Positions 38,097-51,318 of a stretch of 64,000 nucleotides of DNA are shown in pieces. The notes under the pieces are model-generated. The model was not told the origin of the DNA, searched no databases, and saw only the letters and a program-made list of their open reading frames with translations. Each line of letters starts with the position of its first letter. The first letter of the stretch is position 1. This DNA comes from Octopus vulgaris (Eukaryota). The position numbers and the translations under genes were made by a program. The DNA lies in contig OX597837.1 of the NCBI GenBank assembly GCA_951406725.2, forward strand, positions 47,678,001 through 47,742,000. The letters run 5' to 3'.

Positions 38097-41000
38097 CAAT
38101 TATTTAAAACTGTTTCCATTAACAGCAAAAAGCATGGTTGAGAAACTAAAGACTCACTCAAGCAATGGAGTCCATTTAATTGGGTCAAACCCTTCCCCAA
38201 TAAATTCATGACTTGTTGCTTAGGGAAGAAATTATTGTTATTAACATCATCATCATCATTATTATTAGAGCAGGCAGAGTCACAAACATGTTAGACAAAG
38301 TGCTTAGCATTTTGCCCCCTCCCCTCAAAATTGTTGGCCTTATGCCAAAATTAGGAAGAAATTGTTATCATCATCATCATCAACTTGCAATGTAATGCTT
38401 CACTGATTTTTCTTCTTCATTCCCACAATCAGAAATGCTAATAACTCCCTTCCCTCACTCTTCCATTCCACATAGAAACAACTGATATTTGCCTACAAGG
38501 TGAAGCATTCCCATCATCATCATCACCACCACCATCATCATCATTATCATTATTATTATTATTATTGTTATCATTATTATTATCAAGAAGGCAGTTGGGG
38601 GCTGGCAGAATCCTTGCATGTTGGACAGAATATTGAGCAGCATTTCGTCTGTCTTTACATTCTGAGTTCAAACTCCACCCAAGTCGACTTTGCCTTTCAG
38701 GGTTGATAAAACAAGAACCAGTCAAGCACTGGGTTCAATGTAATCAACTAGTCCCCTCCCGCAAAATTTCAGGCCTTGTGCCTTTAGTAGAAAGGATTAT
38801 TATTATTATATTGGTACACATGGGAAGGTCTGACCTATAGAATCGTGTGAGTTGAAACCCTTTTAGCATTCCGATTCCTCTGTCAAATGTGACTCTTCTT
38901 TATTCACATTGTTTTTAACTAAGCAGGCATTATCTCAATACTTTCAGATATTGATGATGTGACTTTTTTTAAAAAATAACATTGTAGGGCAGGTGTAAGA
39001 AGCTGGATCTGGCCAGTTTAAACTTAAAACAGAATCTTTGACCCCAATATGGTAGGCTTAAATGTTAAAAAAGTTCAATGAGATTGTGCAAAAGAATACT
39101 TTAAGTAGCTTCATATGAGGAATAATACTCAGCACTGTAAACTAACAAAACACACATTAATTACACAGTGCTACCACTACTGACAGCAATGTGTGTTGGT
39201 ACTTAAATCATGTTACCAATCTATGGTGTTGTGGCAACAACAGAGGTAGAGCACCGGTGGCAGACAACAGGTTGTCAACCTCCTGGTGAGCAGTCTGTGC
39301 CTCATCCTCCTCCAGTTGGGATTAAAACTTTTGAAATGCCAACCGATCCTCATTCCTCCTCCCCTACCTAAAACAAAAAAAATGGATCATTGTAAAAGAT
39401 AAAACACACTGACCTATAAAACCGAAGTATACGTTGATTCCTTTGGTATTTCTTACACAAATAAAAGGCACTAGTAGAAATGACGACGGCCCCTAGTACA
39501 GCAGACAGAACCCCTAACACCACATCGGTAACCTGACTCTCATTTGCTGTTTCTAAATATGGACCAGTGTGGGGAGTTGGAGTTGAAGTTATGGGTTTTG
39601 GTTTGACTGTGGTCGTCAGTGGGACCCCTAGAAACAAAAAGAAAAACAATAATTAACTTTAATCACACCCTCTACACATAAACGTACAAAATTCTTTTTC
39701 TTCCTTTACTTTTCAAAGAAATCACATATATTGATGAGATTTACAAGGTGTTTATTCTTTTGATAATCCATGTTAATCTGCCAAATATTCTGAATCTCAG
39801 CAATTTTCATAGCTACTTTGTTGTCTGTTGCAGATGAGTTCTATTTTTGAGGCAGAAGATAATTCCTGCTGGAGTGGCATGGAAGGAATAATGAGAGTAT
39901 TGTGTGGCTAACAATGTAAAAATGATAGCAGAAGGGAGTGGGGTTAGAGACCTGACATCTGTGGGTAAATAAAGCATTTGTCACATTGTTGTGGAAGGTT
40001 GGCTTCTGTGTTACAAAAGATGATAAGGGCAACGGCTCTAAACATAATGGACTGAGTTTTGGTTTCATGTTATAAGGTAGAGAAATATGGTGAGCACAGG
40101 ATGGCTGTGTGGTCAAAGAGTTTGCTTCAAAACTGGATTGTTTTCATTCTGGTCTCACTGCATGTCACTTTGGGTTGACCAATATTTATTGTGGACTTAG
40201 CGCTACTTTAACACCTTCACCTGGTCTTCATTAGCAACTCATCAAGCAACTCTTCATTCAGCAAAAGTCCTGAATCTGAGTAAATAATGAGAAGAGAGGA
40301 AAGTTGAAAACTGAGAAAGGAGTTCATCAGGGCTGTATTCTTCTTTCTTCATGCTTGTTCAACATTTACACTGAGTGGAGAGTAAGAGAGGCAATAGAGG
40401 AAGAAGATGGCCATCAAAACACATCACTTGTATATTTCTAATATAATAAAGTAGGCAGACAAAGCTGTTCTACTTGCCAAGACTGAAGCTAGACTACAAG
40501 AAATGACAGAGTGAAGAAAGTATCAAATATGTACAGTCTTTATCTCAACCATAAGAAAAGTGATTGTAGTAAGAAAAGAGAAAGTAGACATTAACTTCAA
40601 ACCGGGCCCTGAAAGAGCTCAAACAGGTTGAATTGGAACCCAAGATACTTCAACAATTCTGTCACCAGAAAAACTGTCCCGAGTTAAAAACAAGACAAGT
40701 GATTTGGCCCAGATGCATTTATGGCTACAAAGCATGGACTCTGAACAAATTTGGAAAGAATATAATCAATGCGTTTGAAATGTGAGTATATAGGAGAATG
40801 TTACAAGTCTCTTTCAAGGATTATCAGACAATGAATGGGTGTTGCAAAAAGTAGGTGAAAGACTACCATTCCTGAACATTGTGAGAAAACAAAAGCTCTT
40901 CTGTTATGGCCATATTCGAAGAAGTAAAGGTTTGGGAAACCTTATAATGGAAAGAGTAGTAGGCATTAGATTAAGAGGCCAGCAAAGAACACAATGGATG

Positions 41001-44000
41001 GACAGTATCACAAGTGGTTCGGCAAAAGTGGAGAAAGCAGCTGGAAAGGTGGCGCTTCATCATCATCCTTAACAAGGAAAACTTTTGCTGTAGTGTCATC
41101 AGTGCACTGCAGGCATATGATACGTTACAATAATGACCTGGTCTTTGGGTGCCTTTAATATTGTCCACTCTCTTACAAACAGTGAGGTCAGGCATGCCAT
41201 TTCAGGATATTCCTCCTTTCCACTATTCTTGGGAGCCCCTAAAATAAATTATGGGTGCTGAACTAACCTCAGAAACTAAACCCTTAAAAAAGTGAAGATA
41301 GAGGATTATATGTGGTGAGTGTGTGTAAGAGGTTTGGTGGTGTCCGGCAGTGAAGCATGGACAGCAAATGTAGAGGACGTGCTATGGTGTGCAATAGTGA
41401 AATATGAGCTGCAGATGTGTAGAATTTGCAATGGCCAAGGGGGAATGGTTTGGACATGCAATATAAATAAATGGCAGTTGCAATACCTGTAATAAACTGA
41501 ATACTGTTTGAATTATAGACATCTGTGTCGACTGAACAAATGATGAAGACTGTGTATTGTGTTGAATTGGTCAGTTCAGTAAGTTGAAGCTGTGTCCAGT
41601 TAGTGGGAAGGCTGTTCATTATTTCTGTCACTTTGCCCTGTTTATTTTCGGGAGTGGACACAACTTCACATTTCACTAATCCCGACCTGGATGGAATTGT
41701 AGAAAACCAACTGAACAGAGCAGAATTGTGTTTAACATTCACGATTTTCAATTGCAGTAATCCATCAGTTGTTGATGGCTCCCCGTCATCATCGGAATCT
41801 TCTTCCTCTGCACCAAATTTTCGACCATCACGATGACCTTCAAATAAAATTTTAAAAAAAACACATCAATAAACTCCACACACACCTCCCAGAACTGAAA
41901 CCTACCATCATTATCAAAGCAACAGGAATTTCTATAGAATTGATCGACCAGCTCTTAATATTTGACCAACAAAGGTGGTCAGTTGGCAAAATGCTTGACA
42001 GCTTTTTGTCCTTTTTACATTCTGAGTTCAAATTTCACCAAAGTCGACTTTACCGTCGATCCTTTCAGGATCAATAAAGCAAGTATCAGTTAAACACTGG
42101 GGTCCATGTAATCGACTTGTCCTCTCCCTATAAATTCCAGGCCTTGTGCTAAAATTTGAAACGAATTTTCAACCAACAAGGGAGGTTTAAGAATGGCTAG
42201 AAATAGCAGTCACCCTTAATCCTTTAGCATTTCAACCAGCCATATCCAGCCTGAATACTCTGTTTTATGTTCAAATTGGCCAGTTCTGGCCTCTCACACC
42301 TACCCTACAATGTCATTCTAAAAAATATACAATCACATACCCGTCCAACCCATGCCAGCATGGAAAGCAGACGCTAAACGATGATGATGATGATTACCAA
42401 CATCTCAAAGTTACGAGATAATGCAGGATTAACTGGAAACAATGTGAATAAATAAGGACACATTGGATAATGTATCCCTAGATACACAATGTTTACAATA
42501 TAAAACAGGACAGCCATGGCTGGAATGCCTTTAACTGTAGCTCTGCTTCATCAGAATTAACCTGGGATTAAACAACAATGGAAGCTTCTATTTCATCTTT
42601 TTACCTGCTAAATGTAGCAGCTAAATCTCCTTTGTATCACACTCAAAAGGAGAGAACAAATTGGATAATGTTGTCTTTGATACACAAGGCCTTAAAAGCA
42701 AAGATTGGTGATGTTGTAATGACTTTGGTTATAGGTTCTGCTAGAGCAAGATTGACCAGGGAGTAAAACAACAACAACAGCATGTGTGTGTGTGTGTGTG
42801 TGTGGCATCACAAGAAGTGTTTAAACTCTTGAGAGAATGTGAACTAATTTCGTTTTTGGAATATCTCAAAGCAGACACACAAATCTGTAAACAGCAGCAC
42901 ATAAATATGGGATTGAAAAACTCTTCTGGATAGAAAAATTCAACTTTTTCCATCTAAAAAAGATTTTCAATCCAATATTTAGTGCTGTTATTTATAGCCT
43001 TTGAGATTTTCCAAAAATAAATAAATAAAAGAATGTGTGAGTGTGTGTGTAAAGGTAAGATCCAAGCATCAAGGTGTAGGAAGATAGTGAGTATCAAAAA
43101 CAACTTTTAAGAACAATAATGGTTTATTCAAGTAGAAGATAGGAAATTTTTCACATATCGAAGTTTGATAAGCTGAGAAAATGTTATTCTGTAACTTCTT
43201 ACAGTTAGCACAAATAGAAATCCAGAGTTAGGAATTGAGTCAACCTACGTATGTTTGATGGCTAGCAGAACCTTGAAAGTGGTAAATATCCAAATGAGGG
43301 GTCGAGTGCAAGCTGCTGCTCGGGATACCTTAATCAAGAGCAGTTTACATTGTCATCAAGGGATCCCATATCGACTTGTAAGGGGATTCGATTGAAGACC
43401 ACAACACACTGCCCAGTCTGGGAATCAAAGTTACGATCTAATGATCATAAATGCAACATACCTAACCACTAGGTCATACACCTCCACATTATATATATAT
43501 ATATAGGGTGTGACGAGAAAAACTTCTGCCAGGATCAGATGGTGAACCCAGAACAATTCCTAAAACATGTACCAAGAGTGATAAAAATCAAACATTCAGT
43601 CAACATCATGGTGTTTGGAGTGATCACTAGTGATGGGGATGTTATGCATCCATTCATCACCCCACACACCCTCAGACTCAACACGGAGGCCTACATCAAG
43701 TGCCTGGAGGAAGCAGTACTGCCCTGGGTCAAGAGGGTGGCTGCTGGAAAACCCTATGTCTCTGCTCCATGCCACACAAGCAGGAGAACCCAGACATGGC
43801 TGTCAGACAACTTCTGCGACCACATCACCTTTAACATCTGGCCACCTGACTCCCCAGACTGCAACCCCCTTGGTTTTTATGCATGGGGCACAGTTGAGCA
43901 AGAGACCAACAAAACTCCTTGTCACACCAAAGATGAACTGAAGGCAAGGATTACAGCAGCATTCACCATCTTAAACAAGGAGACCCTCCAGAAGAGTTGC

Positions 44001-45151
44001 AGGAGATTCCAAAGTCATCTGGAGGCCTCGGCAATTTTACTGAAGAAATTTACTCTTTAGTATTTCAAGATATTTTGATGCAATTTTGGTAAATATATCT
44101 GGAGAAGGCAATGGTCGGTTTGATGCTACGAGAGATAACATATGGTTCAGGTGGGATTGAACCTGGAACCAAACAGTTGTGAAGCAAAGCTCTAAACCAC
44201 ACAGCCACGTCTCCACCCAGACACACTGAGGGTTTCGATGATGTATTTAAGGGGTTCCAATGAATCATCTGTTACTACCAGTAGGGGTTAGAAACATTAC
44301 AAAAAGGTTCTTAGATAAAATTATGTTGTAAACTGTTTTGAGTCACAGATATGACTGGGTGGGTAAGAAATTTAATTCATTACCAGGTGGTATCAAGTTC
44401 AATCTCCTTGAACAGCACTTTTGTCTTCAACAAAAGCACTGCCTCCATTTATATATCTGATACACTCCAAGCCACAAAACTATTTCAATTATATTAGTCA
44501 ATCTGCTGCTCCTGGTCGCACAACTCTTTTAAAATAAACAAATACTCGACACATGCTGGAGACAACTGAACTGACCCTACTCTCCACCCTGTCCCTACTC
44601 TCCCCCCTGTCCCTACTCTCCACCCTGTCCCTACTCTCCACCCTGTCCCTACTCTCCCCCCTGTCCCTACTCTCCCCCCTGTCCCTACTCTCCACCCTGT
44701 CCCTACTCTCCCCCCTGTCCCTACTCTCCCCCCTGTCCCTACTCTCCACCCTGTCCCAAACATTTGCGGTCTTTAAGTTAGAAATGGATGATGATGATGA
44801 TGATGATGATGAATATCGCTTTGGTTTTAATGAATTATTTCAGTTGTTTAATCAACAAAACAACCTGGTGAAAGTGGTTGAGTATTCCGTAACAGTCTTC
44901 TACCTTTAATATAATCCTCAAATAGAATCAATGTAATATAGTGTGAGTGAGAAGGGTGGGCCCCTCATTTACAGAGACAATCCATATTAGAATAATGTAG
45001 AGGTGGTCGCCTTACTACAGATTAAAAGACAGACAGAAAAGAATGGATGGAAAACGAGAAGGAAGGCTTTATAGACTGCTAGCTCATGAGATAAATTAAG
45101 TCTCTCATGGGAGGGTCCCAGCCTCCCTCCCTCCCCATCTTTGGTGCAGAC
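35841..45151 (-). CDS. Single fibronectin type III domain, type I transmembrane protein (5' end unresolved)
   Basis: Phase-compatible exons are 45151-45016 (tentative, hydrophobic AFLLVFHPFFSVCLLIC), 41837-41487 (FN3: LKIVNVKHNSALFSW...LTELTNSTQYTVFI), 39627-39414 (Thr/Pro stalk, TM VVLGVLSAVLGAVVISTSAFYLC, KKYQR) and 35931-35841 (EAAEVDTNPFGVIYVYFDDSTTNSNIGSD*). Confidence 0.75.
39414..39627 (-). CDS. Stalk and transmembrane exon of FN3 membrane protein
   Basis: CTAG|GG GTC...TAT AG|GTCAGT, hydrophobic helix followed by basic stop-transfer residues. Confidence 0.85.
40240..41070 (+). mobile_element. Degenerate RTE-like LINE fragment
   Basis: GVHQGCILLS-like RT motif, INAFEM..YRRML and KQKLFCYGHIRR...G.R.RGQQRTQW, ending in CATCAT. 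Confidence 0.7.
41487..41837 (-). CDS. FN3-domain exon of membrane protein gene
   Basis: 351 nt phase 1-1 exon, GAAG|GT...ACA G|GTATTG, with FN3 W and L.xxTxY motifs. Confidence 0.85.
43505..44100 (+). mobile_element. Tc1/mariner (DD37D/maT-like) transposase relic, same family as 27415-28222
   Basis: ORF 43539-44060 contains [34 protein letters not shown] and KDELKARI. Confidence 0.85.
44573..44756. repeat. 18-bp minisatellite, about 10 copies
   Basis: Unit CCCTGTCCCTACTCTCC(A/C). Confidence 0.95.
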
Positions 45152-46582
45152 CTGTGAAGATTGAAAAAAAGAAAAAGAAATTGCTAGGTTTAATAAAAAT
45201 CAAGATTTTAAACTTTTAAAATCTGATCAACAAAACAGCGTGGACAGAAGAATTAAATTGATGCTGCAATAGTCATTATTAGTATCCTGGTTAGTAAAAT
45301 AGGGAAGCGAGTAATAAATAACACTAATATTGGTGGCGGGGTGTTGATATCGGATCGAGAATTACTAGATATGTAAGTAGTGGGGGGAGGTGGAGATGAA
45401 GGTAAGTAGTGGTGGGCCAGGCTATGATAACCAGACATAGCAGCTGCCTGGTGTGTAAAGGTGCAGCCGACACCAGTTGGTGCGCGTGATGGCAGCAGCG
45501 ATCGATATCATTATTCTAGTGGCATTAATTGAAGGTCTCCATAACGTGTGTGGGTTGAAATACGACAACATTTGATGTCTACTCATGGACACACACGCTA
45601 GTAACAATAGTTCACCTTTGATACAATTAATAAGAGGTGAGCGATTGATTGCTTTCAATTGAAATACAACCAGTGTGTGTGTGTGTCCCAATGTCAGAAA
45701 TGTGTAATCGCTGGCTAATATGATCGCCAGTCAATTGTGTTGTTATTGAATCTGGGGGTGACTCTAATACAGCAGCTAATTCGATATTCGTTTGTCGGTC
45801 GGGCAGTTGGGGGTCTGAACGACTGCATACAGCTAAACACAACACACTGGAACTTTGTATTTATCAACAGCAAACATTAAGCCTTGGGCCCCTAGTCTCG
45901 TGGCATCCCCTCCGGTGGAGTGGGGCTTCCTGTCCAGTGCCCGGGCCTTACAACTAAAACACACACACACTTACTCGTAGGTATTTGTGTATTTAATTTG
46001 GCGAGACAGAAAAAAAAAAACACAAAAGCACCATAAATTATAAAACAACAACAGGTCGTTGTTGTTGCGAAAGAATTTTGTTGCTTATTTAAGTTTTGTT
46101 CGAATCAAATTAAAAATAAATGATAGACGCCATTTAACCCTAGGTCGCTGGGCACGAAAGGAAATCAGTGATAGCAGCTACAATTTGATCAAGTGGAAGT
46201 GGACCCTTAAAGATCACCAAAATATTTGAGAAACAGGCATATTGGGGATGTGTGTGTGTGTATAAAAGTTTGGTTTAAATGTGTTACTCGTATTGACAGA
46301 ATGACTCTCCCGAGACACAACAAAATAATAATTAAATCATAATAATTGTCTGTAATTCGAACGCAAAACCATCAATTTTATTTTGTGGACCCCCGAGGAG
46401 AATGCATAGCAAAGTTAAACTTGGCAGGATTTGAACTCTAACCGTAAAGAAACGTAATTATTGCAAGGCATTTAGTCCGGTGTCCCAAGGATTCTGGTAA
46501 AGCAAAAGTTAAAATCCGCAGGAATTGGAAATCGGGAATCACAAGATGGGTGGGTGGGTGTGTACACGACATAGACGTGTAT

Positions 46583-46621
<39 letters not shown>

Positions 46622-48272
46622 CACACACATTGTATACCCATTATGTGACTGGGGTGGCGATTACCAGTCAAGAAACTGGTAAAATCGATATTCAATTGGG
46701 TACTTAATAGAAACGAGTAACGATATCTACCTATATACGTGTGTTTGTGTGTAAAGTGAGCAATAATGATAGTTAAAACGTCAACCTACCGTCCGTAATC
46801 AAGACCATGCTACAGCAGAGCAGTAGAATTATGGGGAAACTGTGGAGGTGGGCAAATATGGCCATGGTGTGGTGCATATATATTTATATGTATATATATG
46901 GGGAAGGAGCGACGAGTATCGCTGGTGGTGGTCGTAATAACAATAATCTTTTCTACAAGAATGTCCAGAGGTGAAGCTTGACCAAATTTTCACGTTGAAA
47001 TATTTTTTAAGATGCAAAAATAAAAACGAAATCAATCTTTGGTTGATCAATATTTTCGGTTTCCTTTGTTTTTCTTCCTGATTTCGTCTTTTTTTTTTTA
47101 AGAATTTTCTTCCCAACCAATTCCAGGTTCTTCAAGAGACAACAGTAAAATTAGGACGGAAGGGAAAGATGATGTTAATGACGGTTTAATAAATGGTTAA
47201 TAAGGATTAAAAACATTCAAAACAATGTCTAGACGAAATGTGAGAGGTAAGAGGGGAAGAAGGATGGATAAATAAAGAAAGATTGAAGCTGGAACTGAGA
47301 CGAAGAATGCCAAGAAGAGACGAAGGAAGGAAGGATGATGAAACTGGTAATGGTACCACTGATGGTGTTTGGCTTATCTCGTCTTAGTCTGCGACTAAAT
47401 AATAGATCAGCTTCGTTAGCTGCTTCGTTTGTTCTTTGTTGTTGCAAACGTTAAAATGTCCAAAGTGTGGGGCAGCAGTTTTCCTGGTTCCTCGAGATTT
47501 CCAGTTGATTCCTCATAAATCCTTGTAATTAGCGAGAGAGGAACGTCTGAGTGAATGGTGGACTTTAAATGGGATGGATTAATTGTAAAGTGGAGGTTCG
47601 GCTAGAACTGGAGGTAGTTGGCGGGAGAATAGTGGAGGGCAGGAATTATTTGTAATAATCATCATAAATCGGGGTTGATGCCAACCTGGAGTGAGTCGGG
47701 ATTATGGCGACGGAAGATGTGAACTGGCGACGGAGGAAGTATCTGTTTGTGTGTGGAGGAGAGGGAGAGAGTGTGTGTGTCAGTGAGAGAGAGAGAGAGA
47801 CAGGTGCGATGAGTGTGAGGGAGAGAGAAAGTAGAGTGACTAACAGAAGAGTGAGAGTGAAAGAAGGGGAGTGATGACAGTTTGTCAGGTAGAAGAAATG
47901 GAAGAGGATCCGTGAGAGAGAGAGAGAGAGAGAGAAAGAAAGTTGTGTGCGTGAGATAAACAATAGATGTGAAAAGCGTAAGAGGTAGATTATATAAAGC
48001 AGGAGACTATCTTAACAGCATTTAAGGGCCCGAGTAAAGCAGTACACTGCGGACTACAGCATTATTTATTCACGGCAAACCACATTATATATATATATAT
48101 ATATATAATTATAAATATTATTACAATGCAATAGTATTATTTTCCAACGGTTTTTTGGGTTACCGTCCGCATACATCTTTGCCTCTATACATTCAGTGAA
48201 ACTTAACCTAGCGTCGAACTGTTATCGACTGCTATTTCCAGCAATAATTGGTACCTTGTTGTGCCACTATTT

Positions 48273-48329
<57 letters not shown>

Positions 48330-48416
48330 GACGGACAGACAGACACATAGAGAGAGAGAGAGAGAGAGAGACGGACGGACGGACAGACACATAGAGAGAG
48401 AGAGACGGACGGATGG

Positions 48417-48556
48417 ATGGATAGGGCAACCTGCGGACTGCGGAACTTTCATGCTGGCAACCCTAACAAACACTTTCAGTATTTTATCACGCGACCCACC
48501 TGATGATCAGTCACGTGGTATGCAGCCCACATCTCGAAAAAAGTTTGCCCATACCT
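48417..48556. mobile_element. Short hAT-like MITE
   Basis: Ends ..AGGGCAACCTGCGG and AAAAAGTTTGCCCATACCT, embedded in duplicated GA/GACG compound microsatellites. Confidence 0.5.
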
Positions 48557-48789
48557 ACTCTAGATAGATAGATAGATAGACCGAGAGAGAGAGAGAGACG
48601 GACGGACAGACAGACAGATACATAGAGAGAGAGAGAGAGAGAGAGACGGACGGACGGACAGACACATAGAGAGAGAGAGACGGACGGATGGATGGATAGA
48701 TAGATAGATCTACTACAGCTTCAAGCTGACCAGGGTCTTGCGAGTGGATTTGGTAGGCGGAAACTGAAAGGAGCTCGTTGTGTGTGTGT

Positions 48790-49010
48790 GTGTCCACCAC
48801 CACCACCATCACCACCGCTTGACAATCGGTGTTGCTGGGTTTTACGTCCCCTTAAACTAGCGGTTCGGCAAAACGGACTGATAGAATAAGTACCCGACAT
48901 TAAAAAAAAATAAGTACTGGGGTCGATTAGTTCAACTAAAATTCCTCAAGGCGGTGCCCCAGCATGGCCACAATCTAATGATTGAAACAAGTAAAAGAAT
49001 AAAAGAAGAT
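48790..49010 (+). mobile_element. SINE 3' portion (GGCGGTGCCCCAGCATGGCC family)
   Basis: Homologous to 17790-17975. Confidence 0.7.
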
Positions 49011-49012
49011 AT

Positions 49013-49058
<46 letters not shown>

Positions 49059-49256
49059 TTTGCAATGGGTTTAGTTGCGATAGCAAGAGGAACCTGAAAA
49101 TATCTTTACTTTCTCGGGTCAGGCTATGTGTGGCTTGATTTATAATCAGTTGTTTACGTAGTGAAACGCATCGTCTAATACAGGGTAAAGTTTCAATTTT
49201 CCTGGTCGTTATTTCGCTTTGTTTTAGGTATGGGTTCATTATTTATATATATATAT

Positions 49257-49560
49257 GGAGTGCAATGGCCCAGTGGTTAGGGCAGTGGACTCGCGGTCAG
49301 AGGATCGCGGTTTGGATTCCCAGACCAGGCATTGTGTGTGTTTATTGAGCAAAAGCACCTAAAGCTCCACGAGTCTCCGGCAGCAGTGGGGGGCGACCCC
49401 TGTTCTACTCTTTCGCCCCAACTTTCTCTCACTCTTTCTTCCTGTTTCTTGAGTAACGCTGCGATGGACTGGCGTCCCGTCCAGCTGGGGGGAAACACAT
49501 GCACCACAGAAACCAGGAAACCGAGCCCATGAGACTGGTTAGGCTAGAAAAGGGCGCATA
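49257..49560 (+). mobile_element. tRNA-derived SINE
   Basis: Same tRNA-like head as 56891 with a different 3' tail, flanked by (TA)n. Confidence 0.82.
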
Positions 49561-50177
49561 AATATAAATATATATATATATATATATAATAGAAGGAGAA
49601 AGAGAGAGAGGGGGTGTTGTATGTGTAAGGTAGTGAAGAAATGAAATGGTTGTGACTAACATACACACGTGGTTTTTTAATGCTTGAATGGGCGAGAAAT
49701 GTTAGATTCATGAGTTAACGGGGGGGGGGCGTCTGTGGAGACGAGAGGGGGCAGCTACGTGAATGAGTCTGATAGATGTGGGAGTGAATGAGAGGGAGTG
49801 AATGAGAGGAAAAATTATACAAATGAATATATCTACTCAGCTGAACAAGTTGTCAATTAATTTAAGGAATAGTCTACCTGTGGGTGTTAATGTGTTTAAG
49901 GAGAAGCGGGTGATGGAGATAATTTCCTATTGCTTACCTTTATAGTGAGGTTTTTCCACTGAAGAGGTCTTAGGCCAACAGGTTTTGGGGTCTGACAATA
50001 AGCCATAAAGCTAAACCCTTTATGGATGGGAAACCCAGGGTAATCCCATAAACCAACCTTCCCCATTAAATATATATATATATAAGTTCAGTAAGATTTA
50101 GATATGGTACTTAAGTTAAAGGCACCAGAAATTGGGGTGGTTACAATCAAAATAAGCAACAAGGATATCCAGAGGTA

Positions 50178-50263
50178 ATGCAGATCGTTTCATGCGACTC
50201 CATTTAATTAAACAATGCAAATATTACATCAGTTTTAAAATGTAGAGCAATCTTCAGCTGCAT
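50178..50263 (-). ncRNA. Degenerate minimal hammerhead-like motif
   Basis: Minus strand reads ATGCAG CTGAAGA TTGC...GCAT GAAA CG AT CTGCAT. Confidence 0.45.
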
Positions 50264-50988
50264 AAAAATATAGAATTTAGTTAAATTCAAAGGATTCATT
50301 TGTACAGTTATTCTATTAACCAAAATCACAAAGAGGGTAAGTAGATAGACAAAGAAGAAGTTTCATCAACAACATCATAGTTGTAACTGATATTTTTTCA
50401 CGGGGAAGACACTGCTTATCATTAATTTTACTTTGATGTTTAGATTTATTACTGCTGGGGAGGGGGGGATTTTATTGACTAGTTTATTAAGTCTAATGGA
50501 AAACTAGAATCTATCTTTTATGGATAGAGTGAAAAAGACAGTTTAAGTGGCACAATCAAGATCCCTTTGAAGTAGAAACCATTTGGGTCCAGTAGAATAT
50601 ATTTCAGCCAAAATTTGCAGACTAAAGCTGATGGGGGAAGGGAGAGTAAAACTTATAATACTTAACTATTTGACAGCCATGAACCCAATGATATTTTGAA
50701 ATACATAGGTACATTTTAGAGAGTTTTTTTCACAAAAAATCAGAATAATTCCTCAATTTACAATATCTGTACACTACTTCAAACACTCTATACATACATA
50801 CAGACAGAATTATTAGTGAGGGATTAGTAATCCGGTCAAAGTACTCCACACATCTGGCTTACAATATTGTTTAGATTTGTAAAGAACTCTGAGCATTCTT
50901 ATTTCAGTGTCAGAGGTTAGTCTAACAACATTCTGTATTGTAAATCTGTGGTTGTGTTCCAGTGAAACTGGTTTTTACACCCAGTCAT

Positions 50989-51316
50989 ATATAAAACAAT
51001 GTATAAATAATGGTCATTATATAGTTTTCCTTTGATGGAGTAAATCAGGCTTGCAGCTGTTTCCAGTAATTATTATAGGTACATTACTGATAGGTTACCT
51101 CAAGTGGTCTATTGATCAGCTAAGAAAAGTTGAACAACTTAAATTAATTTTTAGGTCGTTTTTTTTAATTAATTGTTTTGGCTGTTCAATTTTTCTCAAC
51201 TGATCAATAGACCAATTGTGTAAACCTATTAATCACTGCGAATAACTGTAAACCTAATTTACTCCATTAAAGGAAAAAATATGAAATGACCATTATTTCT
51301 ACCTTGTCTCATATAT
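50989..51316. repeat. Diverged ~150-bp-arm hairpin (old MITE)
   Basis: AAATAATGGTCATT/AATGACCATTATTT, TTCCTTTGATGGAGTAAAT/ATTTACTCCATTAAAGGAA and GGTCTATTGATCAG/CTGATCAATAGACC. Confidence 0.8.
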
Positions 51317-51318
51317 TT

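Noticed and set aside
44494-44909. Repetitive ORFs (GTGGRV / ESRDRG / LLSPLS)
   Set aside because: These are translations of an 18-bp minisatellite with no splice or homology support
45253-45845. Minus-strand ORFs as the first coding exon of the FN3 gene
   Set aside because: They end in stops without a usable donor and cannot be joined without assuming frameshifts
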